This document shows positions 40,367 through 52,889 of a DNA stretch of 64,000 nt, in pieces. The stretch lies in contig OX597814.1 in assembly GCA_951406725.2 (NCBI GenBank), positions 81,282,001-81,346,000 on the forward strand. The letters are read 5' to 3'. The position numbers and the translations under genes were made by a program. The stretch's first letter is position 1, and the number at the start of each line of letters is the position of its first letter. The notes under the pieces were generated by a model. It was not told the origin of the DNA and searched no databases. It saw nothing but the letters and a program-made list of their open reading frames with translations. Origin of the DNA: Octopus vulgaris. Its lineage: Eukaryota.

Positions 40367-41750
40367 ATATTTTGTTGTATCTGGGGAGAGTCATTCTCTT
40401 TTAGTGCCTTATAATTTAACACATTCACTGGTAAAGTTTCCACTCATTTACTTATTTATTTTTCTAAAATTTTTGTTGCATCTTGCATCCTTTTCAATAG
40501 TTGTTAACTCAGTCCGTTATCTGAGCTGCGTTCTTTTTGTATGTTTGTGCGCGTGTGTGTGGATCAGTGTGTGTATGTGTGTGCATACACATGTATGTAT
40601 GTATGCATGCATGTAAGTGTGTATGTATTTATGTATGTGTGTACGTTTGCATGTATGTATGTATTCTGCATGTTTGTCTGTTTTTATGTCTGTGTGTGTG
40701 TACCTCTGTCTCCTTGTGTGTGCATGTCTGAGTGTGTGTATAGGTTTTTATGACTATGTACTGTGTCTGTATGTATAGATGTGTGTCTCCATACGTGTAG
40801 ATATGTGTCTCTACATGTGTCATTGTGTGAAGTGAAGTGTGTGTGTATATGGTCATGTTTTTCAGTCTTCATTTGCGTATGTGTATGTGTGCTTGTCTGT
40901 TCATATTACCTATGTACCTGTCCGTCTGTATGTCTGTCTGTTTACATTCATATCCATTTGCTTATGTGCATATACATATATACACACCCACATATATACA
41001 TCTACATAACAGACCACTAACTATTCTACCTGTATATAAATATAAACTGCTAGTATGAGATTATGATTACCTACTATGCATACTTCCTGTTTGGTACTGT
41101 TTCATTTATGAGGACATACTCCTGTATTTGTCTGAGGGTTGGGTCCTTTAGGTGCTTGGATAAAATTTATTGTGTGTGTATATATATATATGCATAAATG
41201 TATATGCACATGTATGTAGGCAAATGGATATAAATGTAAACAGATAGACATACAGATGAACAGGTACATAGGTAATATGAATAGACAAGCACACATACAC
41301 ACATATATGCAAATGAAGACTGAAACACATGACCATATACACATACACTTCACTTCAGGCAAGGACACATATGGAGACACACATCCATACAAATGGAGAT
41401 ACATATCTATACATACAGACACAGTACATAGTCACAAAAACCCATACACACACACACACACACACATGTAAACACACACAAACCCAAGCATATGAATATG
41501 CAAAATACATACATACAAATGTACACACACTTACATACATACATGTGTGTATGCGCACACACACTGACCCACACACATGCACACAAACAAACAAAAAGAA
41601 CACAGCTCGGATAACGGACAGTCAACAACCATTGAAAAGGTTGCAAGATGCAATAATAAGATAGGAAAAATGAGTGGAAATTTTACCAGTGAGTGCGTTA
41701 AATAATAAGGCACTAAAAGAGAATGACTCTCCCCAGACACAAAAATATAT
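40367..41750. repeat. Inverted pair of a repeat of about 550-620 bp, spacer about 200 bp
   Basis: 40367-40985 is the reverse complement of about 41200-41750 (ctggggagagtcattctcttttagtgcctta / taaggcactaaaagagaatgactctccccag). A partial third copy lies at about 50090-50365. Confidence 0.9.
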
Positions 41751-41770
41751 ATATATATATAAATTCAATT

Positions 41771-41980
41771 ATTATAAGCATAATTATGATTAGGGTTCAG
41801 CAAAATTGCTCCACCATATACCGAAATTTAGAAATAGCAGTTAAATACTATTCCACTACCATAAGATATCTCATCTGGGAGATATCTTATGGTAGTGGAA
41901 TAATATCTTACTGCTATTTCTAAATTTCGGTATGTGGTGAAGCAATTTTGCTGAACCCTAATTATAATTATGCTTATAAT
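41771..41980. repeat. 210-bp palindrome: 102-bp arms, 6-nt loop
   Basis: Arms 41771-41872 and 41879-41980 pair without indels; 6 mismatches by manual count. Confidence 0.95.
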
Positions 41981-42000
41981 TATAAAATTTTCGTATAAGG

Positions 42001-42042
42001 TTACCGATAATGGTTCTTTTAACATACCGAACTACTTGGTAA
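42001..42042 (+). ncRNA. Degenerate Penelope-type hammerhead motif
   Basis: ttacc-GATAA-t-ggt...acc-GAA-ctactt-ggtaa. Outer stem ttacc/ggtaa and inner stem ggt/acc surround decayed CTGATGA and GAAA boxes. Confidence 0.4.
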
Positions 42043-43829
42043 AATTATTAATTATTAATTGATTAATTAATTTTCCCCTTTATTATTATTGATTTTATAT
42101 ATAACTCAACTGCTATTCAAACTCAAGAGTTGAAGTTAGGTTGCATGTTCCAGCAGAGGAAGCTTGTCAACATCAGATGAAACAGAACAGTTGGGTACCA
42201 AGAGCAACATGGCTGCTACATTTGATCAACTAATCAATCCTGAGTGGTGACAGGGACCAACTGAGCAGCTGGGTTGATTTAATTGTAGATTGACTCTATA
42301 GAATAGTAATTCAGTAGATTGCACTACAAAATTTATTTGTGACACATTAGTTTTTAATGAAATTCCTCCTGGGGAAGTTATCTGAAATAAATTGGTATTC
42401 TAATTAGAAAGAGATCTGTTCCTTATCTGCTCTTAGCAAAATAGTAAGAAGCTACCTTGGAATTTTGTTTGTTTTGTTTTGTTTTTCTTTCCTTTGTTAT
42501 TCATATTCATGCCACTGCCAAGTGTCACATGGCAGTTCAATCCTAGCCTATAGTGGTCTCCTACCTAACCCCAGAGATGCTACCAAAACTCAAACTATCC
42601 TGAAGGATAAACAACACCTAATTAACTCCAACAGACTTATTGCAATTGAAGGATGCTGGTCGAATATAAACCCAGTTCACAGATTCATTTTATGTTATCT
42701 CAATGCATGGAAATATGATCCCTAGATTTAACTGATCTCATGGTTCAAAGTTAAGCCATTGCTATTACAAGCACATCACCCAACTTTGCTAGTTTCCAAG
42801 ATTGCTTGTAGAACATGTAGTCCCTATCTTTCCTGCCAGTTTCCTAGTAAATGAGCAAGAAATTGCCAGAATGGATTGATAATCATCTATCATACACAGA
42901 TTTGACCTTGCCACAGCTGATCACATTCATTTTAGTTAGACATGTTCCAAACCTAACTCTAACAATGAGCACAAGCTCTCTTACCATACCAGTCACAACT
43001 ATGTAGAAAGATAACCAAGAGATAAGCACCAGCCCAATGGTCTACAGAAGTACTTTTAGAGTATACAGTTATAAGAAGAAACACGTCCATAAACTGTCAG
43101 TGACAATACCCATGTATTGTTGCAATGATGATGGTTAGTTTTAAACTCTATTAGATTGTTGAGTATCTATGAAATACCCATTTTTTGCATGTGAAAATAT
43201 AAGAGATGGACACTGCCATAATATCCTATTAATTGCTTGAAGCTTATGGAAAGAATTGAACCCAAAACTGCAAAATAAGAAAATGCTGATGAATTATATG
43301 TTGTTTCTACATGAGCCCATATGGTTACTCAATCTGCCAGAAAAAGCAGTCAAATCTTCCTCAAATCACACATATTTCTGTGAAGGTAGGGAAATACTTG
43401 TGCTATTAACCCTTAAGAGGTAGTTGAGCTCAAATGTAGAAAGTTTCATTTTGATAGAAAGTTGCCATGGTCAAGTAAGTGGTACTAACAAATATATGGA
43501 ATACTTGAAAAGGAAATAAAGTCAACAAAGTGCCAAATTTAACATGTTGCTTACAGATTGTACAAATAGCTTACAATGACTCTAAAAGTATCTGTGTTTG
43601 TGCAGAGGTAATATATTTTTATAATAAAAACACAAAAGGTTTCGATACAAATTGCTTTGGGTATATGAGAATATGAAATAAACTTTGAAATGATAAGCTC
43701 AATCAATCTCTTGTCTCTATTTTTCTCTCTGCATTTTGCTTTTCATTTACTCTATCCCCTCTTTTATGTCTCTCCTTCATTCTATTCATTTCAAACTTTA
43801 ATTATTTTTGTTCCGTTCTTTTATTGCAG

Positions 43830-44027
43830 GTACCATCCAGCATCGTTTGAAGAGGAATACCACAGACAATAACCAAGTGATTCTAAGAATCGCTCAACCT
43901 CCTCACAGACAGATAAAATGCATCTATCCAGAAGTTCCCTGTTCAGATAGCAGGCGCTGTTATCACAGCATATATGAACGCTGCAATGGCGAAGAAGACT
44001 GCTATGATGGGTCCGATGAGTTTGGTT
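43830..44027 (+). CDS. Exon: furin-type site and LDL-receptor class A module
   Basis: Acceptor ttttattgcag, donor T|gtaagt, 198 nt, phase 1/1. RLKR then CIYPEVPCSDSRRCYHSIYERCNGEEDCYDGSDEFG(C), with six Cys and the DCxDGSDE Ca-binding signature. Confidence 0.92.
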
Positions 44028-45368
44028 GTAAGTTCATTTGTTTTATTTACAGATTCTATTTCAAGTGATTTATTCTCCATCCCTACAGACATATAAATAA
44101 ATTGAGAAAGTATATGTAGTTCTAAGTGTAGTTCTAGTTTCCTTTATGGCTCGTATATGCTGAAACCCCCTTCAGTCATGACTGACCATGGGATTGCACC
44201 TAGGATGTGGAAACTGGTTTTTAATGTTTCTCTTTGTACTTCTGGAAATATTAAAGTTTGCACAAATATTTGCAAAGCCATTTCTTCAAATTATGTTGAC
44301 TAGTATTCTTTCACATGCGTTAGGTGTTTTTGAGGTAATAAAAAACTGGAGAAGAAAAGTAGTTTTGATTAACTTACAAAAGTTTTTTATAAAATAAACA
44401 CTTGTAGAAGTATGAGGACGCGTGGTTTGGTGTTTAGGGTGTTTCACTCACAAATGTGAGATCGCAGTTTCAATTCCTCGGGGGGGGGGGGTCTCCATTT
44501 TACCATACATGATCAGCTATACCTGATTTATCAATATCTTCTGTCACAGCTTTGTGATGTTTGAGAAGCATGTTTCACCTTTGTATAACCTACCACAGCT
44601 GCATGGGATGGAGTACACACAGTCTTTGGTAATATTCTCTTCTATTGGTGATTTACTCGAAAGAGATATTTGCAAAGTGTTGTATTACTCTTTCTGCTGA
44701 TATACCCTCCAGCCTTTCAAATGATTTACTAAGACTGAATACATACAGCTTTTCGGCCAAACAGACGAATGGATATAGAAAGTGAAATAGCCAGAGAATA
44801 GATAGATATTGACCAGCAACCTAAGTGTCCGGTGACAAAAGGCAGAGAGATGGGAAAATTAGTCACAAGTCACATGTGGGCAGTAGACAGAGAGGAAGGA
44901 AGATGAGAGAGAGGGAGAAAGAGAGTGGCAGAGAGAACAGGGAAGGAAGGAAGGGAGAAAGTCTACAATTATAAGTGAAAGGGTGAGAGAGGAAGAGAGG
45001 AAGTTGGGGTGCTAGAAAAGGAATATGAGGACAAGAGAGAAAGAAAGAAGGGAGAGTCACAAAAAATATATAAAAACTTACTGTTAACAAAAGTCGGGAT
45101 GTGTGGCATTCAGTTACTCAATAAATGAAAAATGCAATAAATACTAAAAAATGTACACGTAGGACAGACACTGAAGGATCTTAATTCTTCTTCAGTTATC
45201 AACCAAAATATTAATACATAGTTTCATGCCTTTAATGATAACTGAAAATTTTGCATATCAGTAGCACCCGCAAAATTTGTGGGGAATTAGGGCTCAAGCA
45301 AACAAAATGACACAGAGTGGAGATACAAAAGTAAACAAATGTAATTTAAAACTATTGACAAAGACAGA

Positions 45369-45400
<32 letters not shown>

Positions 45401-46691
45401 CAGGCACTTACGCTTGCCAGTTTTACAAATTTTCTAATAATGAAACCATTATCCCATATGTTCTCAAAGATGCAAAGTTAAGCAGATGACTTTTCAATGG
45501 AAGAAGTAACAACAAAAACATCATCTGTAGCAAGTGACTTTCTTTGAGAGCAAGTGTAAAGAAATACACAGATACACATGCACATATGTATACATATACA
45601 TAAACATACATAGACAGAGAGAGAAAGAGAGTGTTGTAATGAACATCCTTATGATTCTAAACTCCAAAAGATTACATATTCTGAGAAGTCCCGAAGGATG
45701 AAATTTATAAATGATTTATAAATGTCTATTATATTTCTTCTGTTTGTGTTTCTTATCTCTTTCAATAGAAATTAACATTAATTGCCAACTTAAAGCTACT
45801 CTTTAGCAACAGATGTATTCACAAACCATTTTCTGTTCAGGCACAAGACGTGGCAATTTCCTTCTGAGTTATTCTCCAACTAACCAATTCAGTTGAAATA
45901 TTGAAATTTTACATTATATTTATGTCTTGTCTTTAATAATATCTAGTCTGTCATTTTCAAGAACTGACCATATTTGTTACTTAATCTTTGAATCAATGAA
46001 ACTTGAAAATATGACATCCAGTTCCTTTATTTCACTGCAATGTCTCTGTTTTACAATATTAAGGTAGCTGTATCACTGAAATTATTGACTCATTATACAT
46101 ATATGCATGTTCAATGTTGTCTGCTCTCTCAGTCTAATGGTTAAGTTATGATTTAATGTTCCTGATTTCAAGAAATCATTACTTATTCTTAAGCCTAAAT
46201 ATCTTTATGTGTGTATGTATGTATATTGAACTTAGAGAAATGTGTTTGTATCTATATTGTAAGCATAGAGGCATGGCTGTATGGTTGAAAAGTGTGTTCC
46301 CAACAATGTGGTTTTGAGTTCAGGCCTATTGCATGGTAGCTTGAGTAAGTTTCTTCTGCTAAAATAGACTTGACCTCAACAAAACATTGTGAATGGATTT
46401 GATAGTTGAAAACTGAAAGAAGCCCATTATTTGTATGTGTGCTTCTTTGTGTCACCCTGTCTTGATATCATGTAATAGTTGTAAATGAACAAAAATATAT
46501 CTAGCCATGAGGAAATATTTATGTTGCTTGTAAAAAGCTGAGAATAAATGACAGGAAGGCCATGAAAAATCTGTCTACATGTATATGCACTCATACATAT
46601 GTATATACTAGTGTGTGCGTATGTGTATATATTTATTTACTCACACACACATGAACAAGCACACACACATGAACAAGCACACACACATCTA

Positions 46692-48136
46692 CACTGAACT
46701 GCAAAAGAAACATGTGACGTGTGTGAATGTGAAATATGTTTTAATTTCCTTATGTCAGAGATAAATTTTGATAAATCTGATGAAGTCAATTTCATGGATG
46801 CACTTTGACCACAGTCTATGGGTCATTGTCATGTGTTCTGGTAGTGGACGGATCCAGCACATCAAGATTGTAGAGCATGACATGTTCAATAGCATGTATG
46901 TCCTCCCTGGGTGTTCAAAACAGCCATACATCATTGGTACATGGAGTGCATGAGGCGGTTCACAAAAGCCATTGGAACCTGTGCCCACATCCTGAGGAAA
47001 GCTGCCTCCAGTTCCACGTGAGTTGTTGGCCTTGGGACCACCTGGTTCAGCCGTCTCTGGATTTCATCCCACAGGTGTTCAATTGGGTTCAAATCCAGGC
47101 TGAGAGCCGGCCATGGCATGGTTCTGATGTTGTGCTGATGCAGGAAGTCCATGGTGACCCTGGCTGTGTAGGAGGGAGCATTGTCCTGCTGGAACACATG
47201 GCTATGGTGTCACATGAAGAAGGGCATGATTTGAGGTCTTAGGATCTGGTCAGCATAGTACTGCACTGTGATGCCATTCCTTCTGCCTGCACCAACATTT
47301 TGGAACATATGGGACCCAGTTCTCTGATTCAGGCCTATAGCACCCCAAGCCATGATGCTTTGGCCACCCCACACTTCTCGCTCTATGACACATGCATCCC
47401 TGTAGCATTCACCCCTCTTACGCCACACCCTCACTCTGCCATCCTAGGTGGAAACACAGTACCAGCTCACATCAGAGAAGACTTTCGACCTCCATTGTTG
47501 ATGCCACCAATGTTGGTGCAGTGTAGCCCACTGTAATCATGCCTGGTAGTGGTGTTGGGTTGTGAGGACAGGCCCTCGAGCAGGAGAACGGCAAGGCAGG
47601 TTGTTGGCAGCCAGTGTCATCACTGATGGGTTGCTGTTGAGTGCCATTGGTCACACAAATTGTCAGGCTGGCCGGTCTGAAGAGATCACAGAGGTGTTGC
47701 AGGTGGATGAAGCGATCCAGTGCTGTTGGTGTTGTTGTATCGCTGTTGCAGGCAATAGATGGTGCTGACATGGACATCGTAAGCTTTTGCAAAAACCAGG
47801 GCATGCTGCCCTGCTTGCAATCAGCTGATTGCTTGTTCTCTCTGCACTGCTGACAATCGGATCATACCTGATGCGTCCAAATTACAAATCTCAGGAACAC
47901 GGTTCAAGTTGATTTTTATACCCATAATCTCCACGAGGTGCATGTGCATTTTGGTTTTCATGACAATTATTTGCAACTACCATCCATGGAAAGTTGAAAT
48001 GTTACCTGCAATTTGGGTCTCAGCCATAAACCAGCATGTCTTGGAATATTTACACTTACATTCCCGAAATACATTTTCAGAATTTACCATATAAAAATGA
48101 TATTTGAAAAAATCACGTTTCTTTTGCAGTTCAGTG
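46692..48136 (-). mobile_element. Tc1-family transposon with inactivated transposase
   Basis: Perfect 20-bp TIR CACTGAACTGCAAAAGAAAC flanked by TA. Minus strand gives MIRLSAVQREQAI (ATG at 47865), RVWR, GGQSIMAWGAI, FQQDNAP and WPALSLDLNPIEHLW, with stops and frameshifts. Confidence 0.95.
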
Positions 48137-48139
48137 TAT

Positions 48140-48500
48140 CTTTTCTTTTACTTGTTTCAGTCATTAGACTGTGGTTATGCTGGGAAACTGCCCTAAAGAA
48201 TCTTTAGTCAAACAAATCAACCCCAGCACTTATTATTTAAGACTGGTATTTATTCTGTCAGTCTATTTTGCTGAACTGCTATTTCACAGGGACATCAACT
48301 GGTTATCAAGCAGTGATATGAGACGAACACAAGGATACACATATGATAGGCTCCTTTTAGTTTCTGTCCACCAAATCCACTCACAAGGCTTTGATTGGCT
48401 CAAGACTATAATAGAAGATACTTGCTCAAGATGCCGTACAGTGGGATTGATCCCAGAACCATGTGGTTGGGAAGCAAACTTCTTACCACACAGCCATACA
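48140..48500 (-). mobile_element. SINE family A abutting the Tc1 TIR
   Basis: Reverse complement of family A. Confidence 0.8.
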
Positions 48501-48530
48501 TGTGTATATATGTTTGTATATGTGTATACA

Positions 48531-48563
<33 letters not shown>

Positions 48564-48635
48564 GCATATACATACACACACACAGATGTCGCTGTGAGGT
48601 AAAATGTTTGCTTTTATATGTAGATATATATATAA

Positions 48636-49866
48636 TGCTTGACCAACTTACTAGTAATGGAAGAATTGGTGACGCGCATCCTCGATGATAGTGATGCTGT
48701 TGACATCGTTTTATTGGACTTTGCCAAAGCTTTTGACTCGGTAAACCACCGCCTACTACTTGTCAAGCTTCAAGCATATAGTTTCCATCTGGATATTGTA
48801 CGATGGGTTGGTGCCTTCCTCTCAGATCGCTCCTTCCAAGTTCAAGTTAATGGTTCGCGGTCCGACGTCTCCAGTGCGAGCAGTGGCGTGCCTCAAGGTT
48901 CAGTGCTTGGGCCCTTGTTGTTCTTAGTCTTCATAAATGACTTGCCCAACGACCTCACGCAACACACCCTTCTATTTGCCGACGATATCAAACTGGTCGC
49001 TCCTCGCGGTAGTATAGAGGATCTTCGTCGATGCCTCCACCAAATTTGGAAGTGGTCTAACGATTGGGACCTGTGTCTGAACGTGTCAAAGTGCTGTCAT
49101 CTGCCTGTCGGCTCTACTCCTGCAACTCAACTTGATTTCGAGCCGGGTCGTCTGCTGCTGGAGAGGACCGATCAGGTAAAGGACCTGGGTATCTTGGTGG
49201 ATTCCTCCTTTTCGCCTTCGGCCCAGTGCGTCCATGCTGCCAACAAAGCGCGCGGAATTCTGTTTTTGCTTCGACGGTCATTCGGAATGCTCACAGCAGC
49301 CATATTCCTGCCACTCTATGTCACGCTGGTGAGACCCATATTGGAGTATGGGATTCAAGCCTCTTCTCCTTATCTCCTCAAAGACATACAGCACCTCGAA
49401 AGAGTCCAGAGGCTGGCTACCCGCATGGTTCATGGTCTCAAAAATTTGTCCTACGAAGAAAGGCTGAGGACGCTCGACCTTTATTCTCTTGAAAAACGCC
49501 ACCGCCGTGGTGATCTCATTCTCGCCCACAACATCATAAGCGGGAAGTGTAACCTCTCAAAAGAGCTGTTCTTCACTCCTGCTCCGGAGCGTCGGCTGCG
49601 GGGTCATTCCGAAAAGCTCTACCTGCGACGATTTCATCTCAATCGAAGGAGAGGAGCTTTCTCCGTCCGGGTTGCGGATCCGTGGAACAAGCTGCCAGAC
49701 GAGATGGTGAAGATGCCGACGACCGCTTTGTTCAAAGCCTCCCTGGACCTCAAGTGGCCTGAACTCTTTACATGAACACCACCCTGTACTTAACTCCATG
49801 TCCCCCTACATGGCCTTGCTATTTGCTTTTGAGCCAAATTAACTAACTAACTAACTAACTAACTAA
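48636..49866 (+). mobile_element. 5'-truncated CR1-clade LINE with uninterrupted RT ORF (48639-49775) and (TAAC)n tail
   Basis: CLTNLL, DFAKAFDSVNH, GVPQGSVLGPLLF, LFADD, KDLG, YEERL...RRGDLI, RGH and WNKLP; short 3' UTR ending in aactaactaact. Confidence 0.95.
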
Positions 49867-49933
49867 ATCTCTGTTGGTTCTACATTTGCAAGTAACTATG
49901 AGTAATGGAAATTGGAGCCCTACAGTTATACTA

Positions 49934-50052
49934 TACATACATACATACAGACAGACGTACATACATACATGCATGCATACATACATACATACATACATAC
50001 ATACATACATACATACATACATACATACATACATACATACATACATACATAC
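49934..50052. repeat. (CATA)n microsatellite
   Basis: Direct reading. Confidence 0.9.
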
Positions 50053-50889
50053 ATGCATGCATGCATACACTCACACAGACATGTGTGTGTGTATATATAT
50101 ATGTGTGTGTGTGTATAAATGTGTGTAAGTGTGTGTGTATGTTTTGCAACTATGTACCATGTTTGTATGTATGGATGTGCATCTCCATATGTAGGGACAT
50201 GTGTCTCCATATGTGTCCTTGTGTGAAGTAAAGTGTGTGTGTATATATGGTCTTGTCTTTCAGTCTTCATTTGTGTATGTGTGCTTGTCTGTTCATATAA
50301 CCTATGTTCCTATCCGTCTCTATGTTGATCTGTTTACTTTCATATCCATATGCTTACATATTGTACATACACTGTTAATAAGCCAGTTATTGTAGTATTT
50401 GTCATAAAATAAACCTTTCTTATAGACTTGTTATGTTAAATACAATAACTATCAGAGGGAGGTAAAAATCTGTAATTTGTTTACAAGACAACATCTATGA
50501 CATTGCTCAGTGTATTAGAAAAAGGAACCAAACTCTCATTCTACTATCTTTAAAACACAAAAAAGAAGGATACATTAGTACTGAGGCTCTAGATACATTG
50601 TGCCTAAGAAATAAAACTTTTAAAATGTAGAATGGTTTTTGAACATAAGTTTTCATGATGAGAGTTGAGCTCTTTCTAAACAACATTATCTAAATAGAAA
50701 TTTAAAGCAGAAGAGTTTTGATAGAATTTAAGGTCATCCATTCCAGAGACATGGTTAATTATAGTAAGTTATATTTGTCATTTCTGAAAACCTACAAGTT
50801 CCACTAAGTCTAATTCAGTTGTTTTGCATCAAATATATCTCTTGATATAACCTGAGTTATTATTATTAAAAGCATGCTTCTATTTTCAG

Positions 50890-51072
50890 GTCGGACACCG
50901 GAAAATGAAATTGATGAGCAGAAAGAGCGTCCACCCCGACGGAAAGACAACTTTCCCGAACTCTTCAGGAAACTTGTCATTGGAGTGATGGTAATCTTAG
51001 TACTGCTTGGAGTACTGGCTTGTGTGTGTCACTTTCAAAAGTACACGATGCGGGCTGTCTCCTGGGACTCTG
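50890..51072 (+). CDS. Exon: stalk and transmembrane helix
   Basis: Acceptor tattttcag, donor G|gttagt, 183 nt, phase 1/1. The junction T+GT supplies the sixth LDLa Cys; TM segment LVIGVMVILVLLGVLACVC. Confidence 0.9.
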
Positions 51073-51757
51073 GTTAGTTATTCATTTTCCTTTTTTATTT
51101 TTGTGCCAGATTTTGGCTCACAAAGTTTTGGAGTAGGATTATTGTCAATTATATTGACTACAGTATGCAACTAGTTCCTATTTTATCAACCTTGAATGGG
51201 GAAAAGCAAAGCCAAGCATGGCAGGAATCAAACACAATTTTAAAATGCATAACTTAATATCACAAGGTATTGTATCTGATACCCGACTGATTCTTCCATC
51301 CACCTCCAGATATATATATTCACAGAGCCAAAGTTTGTGAATTGGTAGAAAGTTTATCTCACACTAGTCAGTTGAAATACCTTTTAATAACAGCATCTAC
51401 AAGAATTTCTTGCAACTCCAAGTCGGAAATTACAGCCTATAAGAGGTTGCAAGAGAACCTCTGTATGATTGATCAATCTAGCAGCAAAATCTCCCTCAAA
51501 TTATGTTAGGTCTTACAACACAGAACACATTGGATAATGTTGCTCTAAATACAGTGTACATAGGGGGAAAAGGGACAGAAATGCCTTCTTTAATCATAGA
51601 TCTGCTCAGTTAGAACTCTAATCTGGGGCTTAATAACATCAGCTGTGGAATGTTGGGCTTAACATTTTGAACTGATTAAGCATGTGTAGTAAACTGGTTT
51701 CAGAAACTTAATAATTACACATTTGATGCATGTATTTGAATTTTAATGGCAGAAATA

Positions 51758-52673
51758 TTGGACCATCCCATAAATAATGAGGTTTTTTATAACTCTTTTA
51801 TTTTTCAAAATTAAAACAAAGTTTTTTTTTAAATCCAAAATATACCCTCTTTCATCTTCTACAATGCTCTTTCATCTATCTGGCAGACTTACAAGGTCCC
51901 TCTTCTAAAATTCACTTGTCTGTGTTGAAAAATAATCCTCCAGTACTGTTCTGACCTTGTTTACAGAATTCATATTTTCCCATCCAAATGATTTTAAAGA
52001 TTGCAGAATAAATGATAATCAGATGAAGCAATGTCCAGCGAATATGGTGTGTAGGGCATTGTTTCCAATTCAAATTGCTCCAGTCTTTGAAATATTATCC
52101 TCACTCAATGTGTCCAAACGTTATCCAGAAGGGAGAACACCTTTTGTCTTGAAACCAAAGATTGTCATTTTTGTTCTAGTGCTGACTTGAATGACTGGTT
52201 GAATGACCAAATCCAAGCTTTTCTGCTAGTTCCTCAACAGTTACGATGGGATTTTGTTCCACCAGGGTTTGCAGGACATTCTCATCAAACTCTATAGATC
52301 TTCCAGGATGAGACTTTTCTAGGCTATAACTTCCAACTCGGAATGTCTGGAACCACTATGGACACTGACTTACACTTGTTGTCCGATCCCCATATACTGC
52401 ATTAACATTCCTCGCACTTTCCATTGCGTCTTTGCCTTTATTGAACTCATAAAGCAAAATATGCTGAATATGCTCCTTTGTCACTTCCATTATAGCTTTG
52501 AAAAAATAAATATTAAAATAGAACTGCACTCTTCAAAATTTGCACTAAGAATAACTACAAGGTAAAATTACTACCTGCTTTTATAACAAGTTGATACAGA
52601 TAGTTTATCCCATTCCCCTCCGACTTTTAGTTCATACAATTGGAAAAACTGCATTATTTATAGGATGATCCAA
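51758..52673 (-). mobile_element. Internally deleted mariner transposon
   Basis: 30-bp TIRs (ttggaccatcccataaataatgaggttttt and a copy with 4 mismatches) with TA flanks. Minus strand from 52490 reads MEVTKEHIQHILLYEFNKG...WFQTFR...PGRS, and later YSLDIASSDYHLF (YSPDLAPSD motif). Confidence 0.93.
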
Positions 52674-52889
52674 TATATTTCACATCAGTAAGTTGTGTTT
52701 CAGACAGCTGAAACAGATAAATTTCACATGCATTATTATTTTTTGTTCAAACTTTGGTGGCACTGACATTGTCTTCCATCTTGGAGAGTAGAAGAGTTAA
52801 AGTAAGTACCAGTTGTGTATTTAGGACAATTTCTACCAAAGTACTTCTCTTCCCCAAATTTCTAAATGTTCACTGATGTAAGATAATAG

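Noticed and set aside
41625-41665. Hammerhead-like ttgaaaag-gttgc-aagat-gcaa in the inverted repeat
   Set aside because: Both copies lack intact CTGANGA and GAAA boxes; too degenerate to call.
42130-43140. Slightly GC-richer stretch, possibly an old retroelement
   Set aside because: No RT, integrase or recombinase motif recognised.
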